A DNA stretch of 64,000 bases from Candidatus Omnitrophota bacterium (GTDB lineage Bacteria > Omnitrophota > Omnitrophia > Omnitrophales > Aquincolibacteriaceae): the NCBI GenBank assembly GCA_030698625.1, contig JAUYMS010000048.1:218404-282403 (forward strand). Reading direction: 5' to 3'. The position numbers and the translations under genes are program-made. Below the pieces are notes generated by a model. That model ran no database searches and was not told the origin of the DNA. It worked only from the letters and a program-made list of their open reading frames with translations. Position 1 is the stretch's first letter. Each line of letters starts with the position of its first letter. Shown piece after piece: positions 1-11,073 of the stretch.

Positions 1-692
1 CGCAACATGACGGTGACGTCAGCCTGAAACAGATACAGAGCGACGTCAAAAAGTACATCGTTCAAAAAGTTATTCCCGCCAAGTTTTTAGACTCGCGAAC
101 CAAAATTCATGTTAATCCGACGGGCCGCTTTGAAATAGGCGGTCCCCACGGGGATACGGGTCTGACCGGCCGTAAGATTATCGTCGATACCTACGGGGGT
201 GTTGGTGCGCACGGCGGTGGCGCCTTCAGCGGTAAGGATCCGACTAAAGTCGACCGGTCTGCTTCTTATTTTGCGCGGTATGTAGCCAAGAACCTGGTTG
301 GGGCAAAAGTTGCTCGCAGATGTGAAATCCAAGTCTCCTACGCTATCGGAGTTGCGGAGCCGGTTTCAATTATGGTGAATACCTTTGGCACGAGCTCGTA
401 TTCGGACGCTGAAGTGGTAGAAGCGGTTCGCAAGGTGTTCGACTTTCGGCCTGCAGGTATCATCAAGAAGCTCAACCTGCGCCGGCCAATTTTTAGGAAT
501 ACGGCCGCGTATGGGCACTTCGGTCGCAATGAAGAGGGCTTTACGTGGGAAAAGCTTGATTCCGTTAACAAAATTAAACAAGCACTCAAAGGAAAATCAA
601 CCAATTCGAGCAGAAAGGAATCCGCGACGAAGCGGAAAAGCAGACATGAAATTCGACATCAAGAAAGCCGGACTAGCCTCTCAAGGTACTAA
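1..692 (+). CDS. metK: S-adenosylmethionine synthetase, 5'-truncated by the window edge; carries a ~35-aa basic C-terminal tail
   Basis: The frame-3 translation is continuous from position 3 and reads ...[45 protein letters not shown]...[21 protein letters not shown], which matches the MetK central and C-terminal domains. The stop is at 692, overlapping ahcY. Confidence 0.9.
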   Translation, partial: QHDGDVSLKQIQSDVKKYIVQKVIPAKFLDSRTKIHVNPTGRFEIGGPHGDTGLTGRKIIVDTYGGVGAHGGGAFSGKDPTKVDRSASYFARYVAKNLVGAKVARRCEIQVSYAIGVAEPVSIMVNTFGTSSYSDAEVVEAVRKVFDFRPAGIIKKLNLRRPIFRNTAAYGHFGRNEEGFTWEKLDSVNKIKQALKGKSTNSSRKESATKRKSRHEIRHQESRTSLSRY

Positions 693-1902
693 ACGCATCG
701 TTTGGGCCGATCGGACGATGCCCGTTCTGGCTCAGATTCGCCAGCGTTTCACAAAGCAGAAGCCTCTCAAGGGCCTTCGGATCGCCGCTTGCCTGCATGT
801 GACGACTGAAACTGCCAATCTCATGAGAACCCTCAAGGCGGGGGGTGCCGATGTAGTGCTCTGTGCGTCAAATCCGCTGAGCACTCAGGATGACACGGCC
901 GCATCGCTCGTTAAAGAATATGGCATTAGTACCTACGCGATTAAGGGTGAGAACAACAAGAGCTATTACTCTCATATCCGCAGCACGCTTGAGCATCACC
1001 CCAACATTACGATGGATGACGGTGCCGATCTAGTCTCTGAGTTGCATGGTAAGATGCGCAGCCACATGAACGGCATTATCGGCGGGACGGAAGAAACGAC
1101 GACCGGTGTCATTCGTCTACGAAGTCTTCAGGCGCAAGGTTTGCTTGCTTACCCGATCGTTGCCATCAACGATGCCAACACGAAGCACTTCTTCGATAAT
1201 CGCTACGGAACGGGTCAATCGACGATTGACGGTATCATGCGCGCTACTAACTACCTCATTGCCGGAAGCGCATTTGTGGTTTGCGGCTATGGGTGGTGCG
1301 GCCGCGGTCTCGCGAGTCGTGCGCGCGGCATGGGTGCTCATGTCATTGTGACAGAAATTGATCCGTTGCGTGCTCTCGAAGCCGTGATGGATGGATTTGA
1401 AGTTATGCCGATCAAGGATGCTGCCAAGAAAGGCGATGTCTTTGTCACGGTAACGGGGAATCTCAACGTAATTCGCAAAGAGCATTTCCCAAAGATGAAG
1501 GACGGAGCAATTATTGCTAACTCCGGTCATTTCAATGCGGAAATCGAAATCCCGGCTCTTCGTAAGATGGCTCGGAAGGCCCGCATTGTTCGGGAATTTG
1601 TCGAAGAGTTCACTCTGGCAAACGGTCGGCGCATCTGCTTGTTGGCCGACGGTCGTTTGGTAAACTTATCTGCTGCCGAAGGGCATCCGGCGGCAGTGAT
1701 GGATATGTCGTTTGCCAATCAAGCCCTGGTTGTGGAGTATATGGTCAAGAGCGGCCGTATGCTGGAAAAGAGAGTTTATGACGTTCCCCCGCGTATCGAT
1801 GCGGAGGTGGCGCGGCTCAAGCTCGCGGCTATGGGTGTTTCGATTGATCGTCTCACTCCCGAGCAGAAGAAGTATCTCGCTTCCTGGGAGATGGGAACTT
1901 AA
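646..1902 (+). CDS. ahcY: adenosylhomocysteinase
   Basis: The ATG at 646 begins [28 protein letters not shown]..., the AhcY N-terminus. The protein contains the NAD-binding GYGWCGRG motif. The ORF-track start at 511 is an upstream in-frame extension. Confidence 0.93.
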   Translation: MKFDIKKAGLASQGTKRIVWADRTMPVLAQIRQRFTKQKPLKGLRIAACLHVTTETANLMRTLKAGGADVVLCASNPLSTQDDTAASLVKEYGISTYAIKGENNKSYYSHIRSTLEHHPNITMDDGADLVSELHGKMRSHMNGIIGGTEETTTGVIRLRSLQAQGLLAYPIVAINDANTKHFFDNRYGTGQSTIDGIMRATNYLIAGSAFVVCGYGWCGRGLASRARGMGAHVIVTEIDPLRALEAVMDGFEVMPIKDAAKKGDVFVTVTGNLNVIRKEHFPKMKDGAIIANSGHFNAEIEIPALRKMARKARIVREFVEEFTLANGRRICLLADGRLVNLSAAEGHPAAVMDMSFANQALVVEYMVKSGRMLEKRVYDVPPRIDAEVARLKLAAMGVSIDRLTPEQKKYLASWEMGT

Positions 1903-1924
1903 GCCTAAAGTAGGAATCAGAATT

Positions 1925-1963
1925 AAAAAACCCCGGCGCCATTAACGGCGCCGGGGTTTTTTT
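1925..1963. terminator. bidirectional rho-independent terminator between the convergent genes ahcY and nuoN
   Basis: A perfect 10-bp stem, ccccggcgcc (1931-1940) and ggcgccgggg (1947-1956), around the loop attaac. It is followed by a T7 run and preceded by an A6 run. Confidence 0.8.
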
Positions 1964-1978
1964 GTGTCTGCTTAAGAC

Positions 1979-3397
1979 TTAAAGTGGAACGATCTGTGAG
2001 ATGAAACCGAGCAGGGGGCCAGGAAAGATACCTAAGGCGATGGTTCCTATGAGCATAAGACACAAAGCCAATGCCAACGAAAAGGAAGGGCTAATCGGGT
2101 CTTCGTCAGAAGCCGGCACCAGGTACATCTGCCGGATGACTCTGAAGTAATAATAGGCCGCAACCGCGCTGTTGAGCGCAGCAACAACGGCGATTGAAAC
2201 AAAACCTGCCTCAAGCGCACTCGTAAACACATAGAACTTTCCGATAAACCCCGCGAACGGCGGCATCCCTGCCAGCGACAATAGGAAAATAGTCAGGCTA
2301 GCCGCGAGCAAAGGTGCTCGACGCCCCAAGCCGGAATAAGATTCTAGTTCGTCACTTTGGAACCGGTTGGAGACCGCAATCACCACGACAAAAGCCCCGA
2401 GATTTGTAAAAGCATATGCAATGAGATAGATCAGCACAGCTCGCAACCCGGTGTCTGAAAAGGCAACGATCCCCATGAGGATGTAGCCCGCCTGAGCGAT
2501 GCTGGAGTAGGCCAAGAGGCGCTTAATGTTATTCTGGGCAATGGCTACGACATTACCGATCGTCATGGTAAGAATCGACAGGACAAAGATCAACGAACTC
2601 CAATGGCTGTATAAATGGTCAAATGACCCGGCGAGGACGCGTATAAGGACCGCAAAACCCAGCGCTTTGGGGCCTACCGTTAAAAAGGCCGTCACGGGTG
2701 TAGGCGCTCCCTGATACACATCGGGAGCCCACATATGGAACGGGGCCATGGAGATTTTGAAACCGAGACCTACGAGTATGAGCATGAGTGAAATAAGGCC
2801 GAGGTCGGCGAATCCGGAGCCTGCGAGTTGAGCTCGAATGACATCGAGGTCGAGCGAACCCGTAGCACCGAACAGAAGCGACATCCCAAAAAGCATAATG
2901 GCTGAAGCCAAGCTGCCGAACAGAAGATATTTCGCGGAAGCCTCTTTGGAGCCAGGATCGTCCTTGAGGAATCCGACGAGAAGATAAGACACTATAGAAA
3001 CAAATTCGACGGCAAGGAAAATCATAAGAAGATTAGTCGCGGCCGACATTAGAATTAAGCCGAATGCCATAAAGAGAAAGAGGGAATAATACTCGCTTTG
3101 ATAGGCCTTCGGCATTCGCGCATAAGACAGAGAGGTGAGGATTGTCACACCCACAATCCCGAGAGCCGCGTATCGGAAAAAATGCGTGAATGCATCCAGC
3201 TGGAAGAATCCTGAAAAAAGGGCCTGAGGTTCTGCCGGCAGCCGCGCCAGGCAGGCAGTGGCTACTAGGATGACAAGGCCCGTGATGCCGATGAGCTTTT
3301 TGTTTGTCACGAAGAAATCGGCAAACAGGACGGCAAAGGCGCCTATCAAGAGAAGAATCTCGGGTATAAAAAAGGGTATGCTGTCGATTGCGCTCAA
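1979..3397 (-). CDS. nuoN: NADH-quinone oxidoreductase subunit N
   Basis: A 472-aa polytopic membrane protein. Its N-terminus and the motifs KR.LAYSSI.Q.GY and MAPFH.W.PD are characteristic of the NuoN/ND2 antiporter-like family. It is the last gene of the nuo operon. Confidence 0.9.
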   Translation of the reverse strand: MSAIDSIPFFIPEILLLIGAFAVLFADFFVTNKKLIGITGLVILVATACLARLPAEPQALFSGFFQLDAFTHFFRYAALGIVGVTILTSLSYARMPKAYQSEYYSLFLFMAFGLILMSAATNLLMIFLAVEFVSIVSYLLVGFLKDDPGSKEASAKYLLFGSLASAIMLFGMSLLFGATGSLDLDVIRAQLAGSGFADLGLISLMLILVGLGFKISMAPFHMWAPDVYQGAPTPVTAFLTVGPKALGFAVLIRVLAGSFDHLYSHWSSLIFVLSILTMTIGNVVAIAQNNIKRLLAYSSIAQAGYILMGIVAFSDTGLRAVLIYLIAYAFTNLGAFVVVIAVSNRFQSDELESYSGLGRRAPLLAASLTIFLLSLAGMPPFAGFIGKFYVFTSALEAGFVSIAVVAALNSAVAAYYYFRVIRQMYLVPASDEDPISPSFSLALALCLMLIGTIALGIFPGPLLGFISQIVPL

Positions 3398-4866
3398 GGC
3401 AGAATCGCTCCCATGTTGGCCAACATGGCATCAATTGTCGGGGTCATGTATTGCAAAATAATGCTCGGGTAGATTCCCACGACAACAATCAAAATCATGA
3501 GGGGAACCAAGGTGAAGATCTCACGCCCGTTGATCTCAGCAAGCCCACGCCACTTTTCATTTAAAGGACCCAGTAAGATGCGCTGAAGCATATAGAGGAG
3601 ATAGGTGGCAGCCAGGATAATGCCGATACAGGCCAGGCCGGTGTAAAACTTGTGATACTGATAGCTGCCTAAAAGCGTCATGAATTCGCTGATGAAGCCG
3701 CTCAGCCCCGGCAGCCCTAAGGAAGCCATGGAGTAAAAGATTAATATTCCCGCGTATATGGGGACTTGGGAACCGATGCCGCCGAATGCGTTTAGGTCAC
3801 GGGTGTGTGTGCGGTCGTAAAGCACACCAACGAGCAAGAAGAGCCCCCCTGTGATGGTTCCATGGGTAAACATTTGAAGCATCGCACCGTTAAGCCCGAT
3901 CGAATTGAGTGCAGCGAGGCCCAACAGGACAAAGCCCATGTGACTTACGCTTGAATAAGCCACCATCTTCTTAAAATCGCTTTGGGCAAGGGCACAGAAC
4001 CCGCCGTAGACAATACCGATCACAGCCAATAGCGCCATGGCTGGCCGAAACCACATGGCGGCATCCGGAAATAGGGGGTAACTGAACCTAAAAAAGCCGT
4101 AAGTGCCCATTTTTAAAAGGACGCCCGCAAGAATGACGCTGATAGGCGTCGGGGCCTCGACATGCGCATCTGGAAGCCAGGTGTGAAAGGGGAAAATCGG
4201 AACCTTAATGGCGAATCCTAAAAAGAATGCCATGAAGATGATTTTCTGAAAGCCAAAATCAAACCCGGTTTGGGTAATAACCGTGAGATCAAAGGTGTGC
4301 GGGGAAGTCTTCAAGTAGAGAGCCAAGATGCCGAGCAACATAAAGAGACTACCCGCAAGGGTGTAGAGAAAAAACTTAATGGCCGCATACTCTTTTCTCG
4401 GGCCTCCCCATATGCCGATGAGAAAGTACATGGGGACGAGGACGATTTCCCAGAACACGTAGAATAGGAAAAGATCGAGCGCGAGAAATGTGCCCATCAT
4501 GCCCGTTTCAAGCAACAGGTAGAGCAGGTAGTACTCCTTCTGCCTTTCGGTGATGTTAAAGGACGCGACACAGGCTAAAAGCGACATGATCGCGGTAAGG
4601 AACACCATTGGAAAGCTGATGCCGTCGGTTCCGAGGATGTACTGGACATTAAACTGCGGAATCCAGGCATGCCTCTGTACAAGCTGAAAGCCGCTCTGTG
4701 ACGGGTCAAAGCGAAAAAGCGCCATGACCGCTAGCAACAGCACAATCGAAGTCACGGCCGTTGCAATCCATTTAATTTTATCGGTTGCCGCCTTGGGGGT
4801 AAGCATTATCAGAAAGGAACCGATAAGCGGTGTGAAAACAATCCATGTTAAAAGGTGTGATTCCAT
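3394..4866 (-). CDS. nuoM: NADH-quinone oxidoreductase subunit M
   Basis: A 490-aa antiporter-like subunit with the conserved motifs HTWLPDAHVEAPTP and KK.VAYSS.SHMGFV. It overlaps nuoN by 4 nt. Confidence 0.9.
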   Translation of the reverse strand: MESHLLTWIVFTPLIGSFLIMLTPKAATDKIKWIATAVTSIVLLLAVMALFRFDPSQSGFQLVQRHAWIPQFNVQYILGTDGISFPMVFLTAIMSLLACVASFNITERQKEYYLLYLLLETGMMGTFLALDLFLFYVFWEIVLVPMYFLIGIWGGPRKEYAAIKFFLYTLAGSLFMLLGILALYLKTSPHTFDLTVITQTGFDFGFQKIIFMAFFLGFAIKVPIFPFHTWLPDAHVEAPTPISVILAGVLLKMGTYGFFRFSYPLFPDAAMWFRPAMALLAVIGIVYGGFCALAQSDFKKMVAYSSVSHMGFVLLGLAALNSIGLNGAMLQMFTHGTITGGLFLLVGVLYDRTHTRDLNAFGGIGSQVPIYAGILIFYSMASLGLPGLSGFISEFMTLLGSYQYHKFYTGLACIGIILAATYLLYMLQRILLGPLNEKWRGLAEINGREIFTLVPLMILIVVVGIYPSIILQYMTPTIDAMLANMGAILP

Positions 4867-4878
4867 GTGTACTCCTTT

Positions 4879-6801
4879 TTATCTGAGCTCTAAATACATA
4901 AAGATTAAGACGCTCACAAACATGATGAGCATGTAGTTCTGTACAAACCCGGTTTGAATCCGTCGGATGACGGCACTCCAAAACTGCGTGAAATAACCCG
5001 TGAAATTGACCAACCCATCGACGACATACTTATCGAACAGGTCGTGAATGACGCTTGTAAACATCGTTCCTCTCCCCGTGCCGTTAACGGCCCCGTCGAC
5101 AACCTTTTGGTCAAAACCAAACATGATGCGGCCAAGCCAGTGGAAAGGGCGAATCAGGCACGCTACATAAAATTCGTCAAACCAGAGTTTGTTCAAAGAG
5201 GCCGTGTGTAGCGGGCGGAAAACTTTCGTTAGCGTTTCGGCAAGCAGGGGTTTGAGGATATACAGGATAAAAGCCAAGGATATGCCGCCAAGCCCGACAA
5301 TGACTGACGAGATCATGACGCCAATGTTGACTTCGTGATGGCCCTGATGGTGAAAGCCGTGGATGAAATTCTGATACCAATGGTGCATGAATGGTGAGCC
5401 CGGAAGGCCCATGACGATTGCCCCGACAGCTAATACCCAAAGAGGTAGAGTCATACTGAGAGGTGATTCATGCGCATGAATTTTTGGATTACGGGGTTTT
5501 CCGAAAAAGGTCAGGAATACGAGCCGAAACATATAAAACGCCGTCATGAAGGATGTCAGGATTAAAATCCAGTAAATCAAAGAGCTCTCTGACCGATAAG
5601 CTGTTAACAGGATTTCGTCTTTGCTCCAAAATCCCGACAGGGGAGGCACTCCGGCAATGGCGAGAGACGCGATTAAGAACGTCCAGGCCGTTGACTTCAT
5701 CTTGCCGAAAAGGCCGCCTAGTTCGCGGATATCCTGTGTCCCCGTGCCGTGAATAACGCTTCCGGCACCCATGAAGAGAAGCGCCTTGAAAAAGGCATGG
5801 GTCGTTAAGTGAAACGTTCCCGCTGCAAGTCCCCCCAAACCCAATGCTGTGACCATATAGCCGAGTTGAGATACGGTTGAATAGGCTAACACCTTCTTGA
5901 TGTCTGTCGCAGTGAGAGCAATGAAAGCGGCCATGAAGGCCGTAATCGTGCCGACAGTCGCGACAACCGTCATGGCCTGAGGGCAGGCCTCGAGAAGAGG
6001 AAAGGATCTGGCCACCAGGTATACTCCCGCGGCAACCATCGTCGCGGCGTGAATAAGTGCGCTGACAGGTGTCGGACCCTCCATGGCATCCGGAAGCCAC
6101 ACGTGCAGGGGAAACTGACCGGACTTCCCGATGGCTCCGCAGAATATCAGGACCATGGCCCAGGGAAGCAGCGCATTCTGCGCCTGGCTTTTTACGGCGT
6201 CTCCGAGCCCATCAAAATTGAGCGTTCCGATCGCGACGAATAAGGTCAGGATTCCAAGGAATAAACCTATGTCCCCGACGCGCGTCGTCAGGAATGCCTT
6301 CTTCGAGGCGTTCGCCGCAGAGTTTTTTTCAAACCAGAAACCGATTAAGAGGTATGAGCATAATCCCATAATCTCCCAGGACATAAAGAAGAGCATGTAG
6401 TTATTTGAAATCACCAGAGTGAGCATGGCAAACATAAAAAGCGAGACATAGGCGAAAAAACGGCTGAAGCGCGGGTCATCGTGCATGTAACCCATGGAAT
6501 AGATCTGAATCAGCGTTCCTACCAACGTCACCATGAAGAGAATCGTCGCTGAAAGGGGGTCTAGGAGATACCCCATCCGTACTGTGTACCCATCGAGAGC
6601 AAGCCAATCAAAGGCGTTCTGATAGACAGCGCCCGTAGACGCTACCTTCATGACAAGCGGCAAACTGATCGCAAAAGAGACCGCACTTGCGGCGATAGAG
6701 ATCCCGGCGCTCCTTTTCCCGACCTTCTTGCCAAAGAAAATATTGATCACAAAGGCAAGAAGCGGAAAAAGAGGAATGAGATAGGCGCTATCGGTTACCA
6801 T
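4879..6801 (-). CDS. nuoL: NADH-quinone oxidoreductase subunit L
   Basis: A 640-aa protein with the motifs LHVWLPDAMEGPTPVSALIHAATMV and KK.LAYSTVSQLGYM. The long C-terminal extension is typical of NuoL. Confidence 0.9.
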   Translation of the reverse strand: MVTDSAYLIPLFPLLAFVINIFFGKKVGKRSAGISIAASAVSFAISLPLVMKVASTGAVYQNAFDWLALDGYTVRMGYLLDPLSATILFMVTLVGTLIQIYSMGYMHDDPRFSRFFAYVSLFMFAMLTLVISNNYMLFFMSWEIMGLCSYLLIGFWFEKNSAANASKKAFLTTRVGDIGLFLGILTLFVAIGTLNFDGLGDAVKSQAQNALLPWAMVLIFCGAIGKSGQFPLHVWLPDAMEGPTPVSALIHAATMVAAGVYLVARSFPLLEACPQAMTVVATVGTITAFMAAFIALTATDIKKVLAYSTVSQLGYMVTALGLGGLAAGTFHLTTHAFFKALLFMGAGSVIHGTGTQDIRELGGLFGKMKSTAWTFLIASLAIAGVPPLSGFWSKDEILLTAYRSESSLIYWILILTSFMTAFYMFRLVFLTFFGKPRNPKIHAHESPLSMTLPLWVLAVGAIVMGLPGSPFMHHWYQNFIHGFHHQGHHEVNIGVMISSVIVGLGGISLAFILYILKPLLAETLTKVFRPLHTASLNKLWFDEFYVACLIRPFHWLGRIMFGFDQKVVDGAVNGTGRGTMFTSVIHDLFDKYVVDGLVNFTGYFTQFWSAVIRRIQTGFVQNYMLIMFVSVLIFMYLELR

Positions 6802-6815
6802 TTCAGCATATGATT

Positions 6816-7106
6816 TTAATCGGTGAAAATCGTCCTGCTAGTACGGTAAAGAGCCAGGACGATGGCCAAGCCCACAGCCGCGGCGGCAGCTGCCAAGGCG
6901 ATGACAAAAAAAGTAAAGATCTGGCCGGTGTCGGGACTCAATGCCGTGGTTCTGGAAAAAGCAACAAGATTGACGTTAACAGCATTCAGAATAAGTTCGA
7001 TGGAGATTAGGATCCCAATCAGATTACGGCGTACGAGAGTTCCATAGACCCCTATTGCAAAAAGCAACGTGCTGAACATGAGAATATGCTCCAAGGGAAT
7101 GATCAT
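6816..7106 (-). CDS. nuoK: NADH-quinone oxidoreductase subunit K
   Basis: A 96-aa protein with three transmembrane helices. The segment LIGILISIELILNAVNVNLVAFS matches NuoK/ND4L. Confidence 0.9.
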   Translation of the reverse strand: MIIPLEHILMFSTLLFAIGVYGTLVRRNLIGILISIELILNAVNVNLVAFSRTTALSPDTGQIFTFFVIALAAAAAAVGLAIVLALYRTSRTIFTD

Positions 7107-7633
7107 TGCTCTGCACCCTTCGGAGCGTCTTTGCGCGCGACGACAATGGCCCCGATTAATACTGCAAAAAGCACAATGGCGATAATCTCAAACGGAAGGA
7201 CGTAAGTCGTCATGAGTGATTCACCCAGGTCGCTTGCCGAAAAACTTGAAGTTACAGCTTCTTCTTTGACGGGCCACGGAGTCTTCCAAAGAATGCCTCC
7301 GAGCGTGACGACAAAACCGGCCGCTGCGACCGCGCCGAAAAGGCTCTGCTTGTTATTTTGTGCCACATCGCCGGCTCCGAGTCTTTGCGTCAACATAATG
7401 GCGAAGATGATAAGGGTCATGACGGCGCCGACATAGATGAGGATCTGTACCATCGCGAGAAATTCCGCGTGCATGGCCAGGTACATTCCGGCAACACCGA
7501 TCAAAACCCCTGCAAGTGCTAGGGCGCAATGGAACAGATTTCGAAGGGTTACCGCGGCAACCGCAGCAGCGAGGACGACGAACATCATCGCGTAGATGCC
7601 CAGCTGAGCAATAAATGTCAATTCTGTCATCTT
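7103..7633 (-). CDS. nuoJ: NADH-quinone oxidoreductase subunit J
   Basis: A NuoJ/ND6-like membrane protein. The start is placed at MTELTF so that it overlaps the nuoH stop; the ORF track extends it to 7672. Confidence 0.85.
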   Translation of the reverse strand, partial: KMTELTFIAQLGIYAMMFVVLAAAVAAVTLRNLFHCALALAGVLIGVAGMYLAMHAEFLAMVQILIYVGAVMTLIIFAIMLTQRLGAGDVAQNNKQSLFGAVAAAGFVVTLGGILWKTPWPVKEEAVTSSFSASDLGESLMTTYVLPFEIIAIVLFAVLIGAIVVARKDAPKGAEQ

Positions 7634-8771
7634 AGTTCTCCGCGAAGGTGTATTCGCGTTTTTCCGGCACATAGGGACGATTGAGAGCGGTCAGAACCAT
7701 AAAGGCAACGACTAAACAAGCAATAGACCCGAAGGTCCGGATGACTCCGGAGGACATATACCAGAAACCCGCGACAACCACGTTGACCAATGCCATGGGG
7801 AGCAGAAACTTCCAGGCCAGGCCCATGAGTTGATCGATGCGTAGGCGCGGCAGCGTTCCGCGAAACCAGATCATGACAAAGATCAAAATGTAGGTCTTTA
7901 GAAGAAACCAAAACCAGGAAGGCAGAAAAGGCCCATGCCATCCGCCCAGAAAGATCGTTGCGGCCAGCGCCGAGATCGTGAATGTATTCATGAATTCCGC
8001 CATATAAAAAAGTGCGAATTTCATACCGCTGTATTCGGTATGAAAACCGGCTACGATTTCGGATTCGGCTTCCGCAAGATCGAAAGGGGATCGGTTGACT
8101 TCGGCGACACCACAGAGATAAAAGATAATAAAGGCTACGAATCCCCAGGGGGTGAACGCAAACCAGCGTTCGGCTTGAGCAGCGACAATCGCACCCGTCG
8201 AGAGGCTGCCGGCGATCATCAAAGCCGGAACCAGGGAAAGGACCATGGGCACCTCATAGGAAACCATCTGCGCTACCGCACGCATGGCTCCGAGAAGGGC
8301 GAACTTGTTGTGTGACCCCCAACCGGCGATAAAAATCGAAATCGTTGTCGTCGAAGAGACCGCGAGGAAATAAAGGATCCCGACATTGAGGTCGGCAGCG
8401 ATCATGCCCCGCCCGAACGGCAGCACAGCGAAGACCATGAGGGCCGGAACCACGATGGTGATAGGTGCAAGCAGATGCAGCAACTTGTCGGCCTTGTAGG
8501 GAACAATATCTTCTTTCGTTAGCATCTTGATTCCGTCAGCCACCGGCTGCAGAAGGCCGAATTTGCCGACACGGTTGGGACCGAGACGGTTTTGCATCCG
8601 TGCCACAACCTTTCTTTCGATGAGCGTCAGATACATCATGGTCAAGGGGCCGAATATGGCAATGCCCGTTGCGCTGATAAGAACGGAATGCACAGTGACA
8701 AGCCAGTCGGGCATGAAGGTGCCCAACATGCTTAACAAGGCCGTTTTAATTCCGACAAACAATTGATCCAT
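7632..8771 (-). CDS. nuoH: NADH-quinone oxidoreductase subunit H
   Basis: A 379-aa protein containing LIERKVVARMQNRLGPNRVGKFGLLQPVADGIKMLTKED, the NuoH/ND1 signature. Confidence 0.92.
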   Translation of the reverse strand: MDQLFVGIKTALLSMLGTFMPDWLVTVHSVLISATGIAIFGPLTMMYLTLIERKVVARMQNRLGPNRVGKFGLLQPVADGIKMLTKEDIVPYKADKLLHLLAPITIVVPALMVFAVLPFGRGMIAADLNVGILYFLAVSSTTTISIFIAGWGSHNKFALLGAMRAVAQMVSYEVPMVLSLVPALMIAGSLSTGAIVAAQAERWFAFTPWGFVAFIIFYLCGVAEVNRSPFDLAEAESEIVAGFHTEYSGMKFALFYMAEFMNTFTISALAATIFLGGWHGPFLPSWFWFLLKTYILIFVMIWFRGTLPRLRIDQLMGLAWKFLLPMALVNVVVAGFWYMSSGVIRTFGSIACLVVAFMVLTALNRPYVPEKREYTFAEN

Positions 8772-8774
8772 AGT

Positions 8775-9341
8775 TTAACTAGCAGTGCTCGGTGGTTTCG
8801 GGGGTTCTTTTTTTACGGCCTGCTTTTTGGCTTCGTCTTCTTGACGACGCGTGTCGATCGCTGCCGCGTCGGTCGGACGTATTTTGTGAAAGTGTTCATT
8901 GGACTTTAGAAGGTCGTCTTTGTGATACAATAACGACCCCTGGCGCTCGCGGCCGCTGATCTCAAATTCGTGATCCATGTAAATGGCATCAAACGGGCAG
9001 GCTTCCTCGCAAATGCCGCAATTCATACAAACAGTGAGATCGATATCGAAGATTTTCGGCTTCTTAAGGGGTTTCCCGTCAGTATCAAAGTCCCTAATAA
9101 TATAGATGCATTTCGGAGGACATTCCTTGGCGCAGATATCGCATGCGACGCAACGGAGATTCTCAGGCTCCTTGTCATAAATGAGGAATGGAAAATTACG
9201 GAAACGCTCTTTCTCCGGAAGCCTCTTTTCCGGGTATTGCGAAGTAAAAAGCCCGCCGTCTTCCGGCTTGCAGAAGTAGGACTGAATCATGTTTTTAAGC
9301 GTCACAAGCATGCCGCGTAAAACCCCGGAACCGTAAAACAT
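8775..9341 (-). CDS. nuoI: NADH-quinone oxidoreductase subunit I, 2x[4Fe-4S], with a Lys/Pro-rich C-terminal tail
   Basis: Two ferredoxin-type cysteine clusters are present: CVACDICAKECP and CMNCGICEEACP. The gene lies upstream of nuoH, which is a non-canonical order. The tail reads ...RRQEDEAKKQAVKKEPPKPPSTAS. Confidence 0.9.
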   Translation of the reverse strand: MFYGSGVLRGMLVTLKNMIQSYFCKPEDGGLFTSQYPEKRLPEKERFRNFPFLIYDKEPENLRCVACDICAKECPPKCIYIIRDFDTDGKPLKKPKIFDIDLTVCMNCGICEEACPFDAIYMDHEFEISGRERQGSLLYHKDDLLKSNEHFHKIRPTDAAAIDTRRQEDEAKKQAVKKEPPKPPSTAS

Positions 9342-10495
9342 CAGCGGTCTACCTCCCCGAGAACGATATCAACGCTTCCCAGAATAACGACGGCATCTGC
9401 AACTTTGTGACCGACACACAAATCCTCGAGAATGGTCAGGTTTATAAAGGACGGGGCACGCACATGATAACGCCAGGGCTGCGGCGTGCCGTCGCTGACG
9501 ATATAGATGCCCAGTTCTCCTTTGGGCGCTTCGACACGAGCGTAGGATTCTCCGAGAGGAGGTTTGAAATTGCGCGGTGCCTTGACGAATGGAGCCATCT
9601 TCTTGGCCATGATCTCGCCGGCCGGGATTTCTTTAAGAGCCTGCTCCAGGATCTTGAGACTTTCGCGCATTTCCAAAATACGCACATAATAGCGGTCATA
9701 AACATCACCGACCTTGCCCAGAGGCACGCGGAACTTAAACCGGTCGTAGATCGAATAGTTATCAACCTTACGAATGTCGTAGTTGACTCCCGAGGCCCGC
9801 AGCATCGGGCCGGTGATGCTGGCACTAATGGCAAGCTCAGGCGAAAGAATACCCACATTCTGACAACGCATACATAGGATTTCATTTTTAGTCAGCAGTT
9901 TTTCGTACTCGTCTAGAAATTTGGGGAAACGGGAAACCACGTCTTTAATAGCTACGAGGGCCTCGCCCGAGAGATCGTATTTGACGCCGCCGAAACGGAA
10001 ATAATTGCACATCATGCGGGCTCCGGAAACCTCTTCAAAGATGTCCAGGATGCGCTCGCGTTCACGAAAGGCGTACAGCACCGGCGTGAAAAAAGCGCCC
10101 AAATCATTTAGTAGGAAGCCCGTCACCGAGACGTGGTTGACCAGGCGCGTTAGCTCCGACATGATAACGCGAATGTAATCGGCGCGTTCGGGTACTTCGA
10201 TCTGCGCCAGTTTTTCAACCGTGAGAGCATAGACGAAATTGTTGGTCATGGAGTTGAAGTAGTCGAGGCGATCGGTGTAGGGCATGGATCCCAGATAAAA
10301 CATGTTTTCCGCGATTTGTTCATGATTACGATGGAGATAGCCCATAACAGGCTTCAGCGAGACCACCGTTTCACCGTCGAGCTTCATATTCATTCGGAAT
10401 ACGCCGTGCGTGGACGGATGCTGAGGGCCTATATTAATATCGAGGGTCTGAGTGTCGATCGCGCCGGAATCTTGAAGAGTAACAGTCTTTTCCAT
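9341..10495 (-). CDS. nuoD: NADH-quinone oxidoreductase subunit D (49 kDa)
   Basis: A 384-aa protein whose N-terminus reads ...[15 protein letters not shown]...; the C-terminal half is also NuoD-like. It is not fused to nuoC. Confidence 0.92.
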   Translation of the reverse strand: MEKTVTLQDSGAIDTQTLDINIGPQHPSTHGVFRMNMKLDGETVVSLKPVMGYLHRNHEQIAENMFYLGSMPYTDRLDYFNSMTNNFVYALTVEKLAQIEVPERADYIRVIMSELTRLVNHVSVTGFLLNDLGAFFTPVLYAFRERERILDIFEEVSGARMMCNYFRFGGVKYDLSGEALVAIKDVVSRFPKFLDEYEKLLTKNEILCMRCQNVGILSPELAISASITGPMLRASGVNYDIRKVDNYSIYDRFKFRVPLGKVGDVYDRYYVRILEMRESLKILEQALKEIPAGEIMAKKMAPFVKAPRNFKPPLGESYARVEAPKGELGIYIVSDGTPQPWRYHVRAPSFINLTILEDLCVGHKVADAVVILGSVDIVLGEVDR

Positions 10496-10500
10496 ATATA

Positions 10501-11073
10501 TCAGCTCGCCGGCGGAGTTGCTGGTTTGTCTTCAGCCGGGGCCGGGGGATTGAGCGCCTTCTGCCGCATCTCATCCGGGACTTTGACCCCGTTGCGATCG
10601 AGCCACTCAATATCGTCTTTGTCGAGTGTCTCCGAGTCCTCCTGCTCGTAGTCTTTGCGCATGGGAAAACCCTCGAAGCCTTCCCACATAAAGATTCGCC
10701 TTAAATCGGGGTGGCCCTCATAAGTAATGCCGTAAGTGTCGTAAGCCTCGCGTTCCTGAAACTCGGCACCTCGATAAATTGCAACCAGCGAGGGAATCTT
10801 CGGGTTGTCGCGCTTGACACGGACGCGCAAAACAACCGGCCCGATTCGCTTATCTATTGAATAAAGGTGATAAACCGTCTCCAGGTAATCCACAAAATCG
10901 CTTGCCGTTAGGGAAGAAAGGTAGTCGAGTCGAAGATCGGAATCACTCTTGAGTGCAAGTACGACATTGTGGAGGTCTGCAGGGTTCTCCACGAGCAGGC
11001 TGTCCCTAACCACTTTAATCTTGGCGGAAGGAACATTCTTTTCCAGTTTCGCTCGGATGTCTTCAGCTTTCAT
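10501..11073 (-). CDS. nuoC: NADH-quinone oxidoreductase subunit C (30 kDa), with a Pro/Ala-rich acidic tail
   Basis: Contains the NuoC core sequence ...[36 protein letters not shown]. It is followed by a roughly 45-aa tail ending ...[16 protein letters not shown]. Confidence 0.88.
   Translation of the reverse strand: MKAEDIRAKLEKNVPSAKIKVVRDSLLVENPADLHNVVLALKSDSDLRLDYLSSLTASDFVDYLETVYHLYSIDKRIGPVVLRVRVKRDNPKIPSLVAIYRGAEFQEREAYDTYGITYEGHPDLRRIFMWEGFEGFPMRKDYEQEDSETLDKDDIEWLDRNGVKVPDEMRQKALNPPAPAEDKPATPPAS

Noticed and set aside
87-604. Minus-strand ORFs of 71-88 aa overlapping metK
   Set aside because: They are antisense to the MetK coding sequence, which is conserved throughout; no supporting signals.
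5489-6100. 203-aa Cys/His/Arg-rich minus-strand ORF
   Set aside because: It lies inside nuoL in a different frame, and nuoL homology is continuous across it. It is a spurious alternative-frame ORF.
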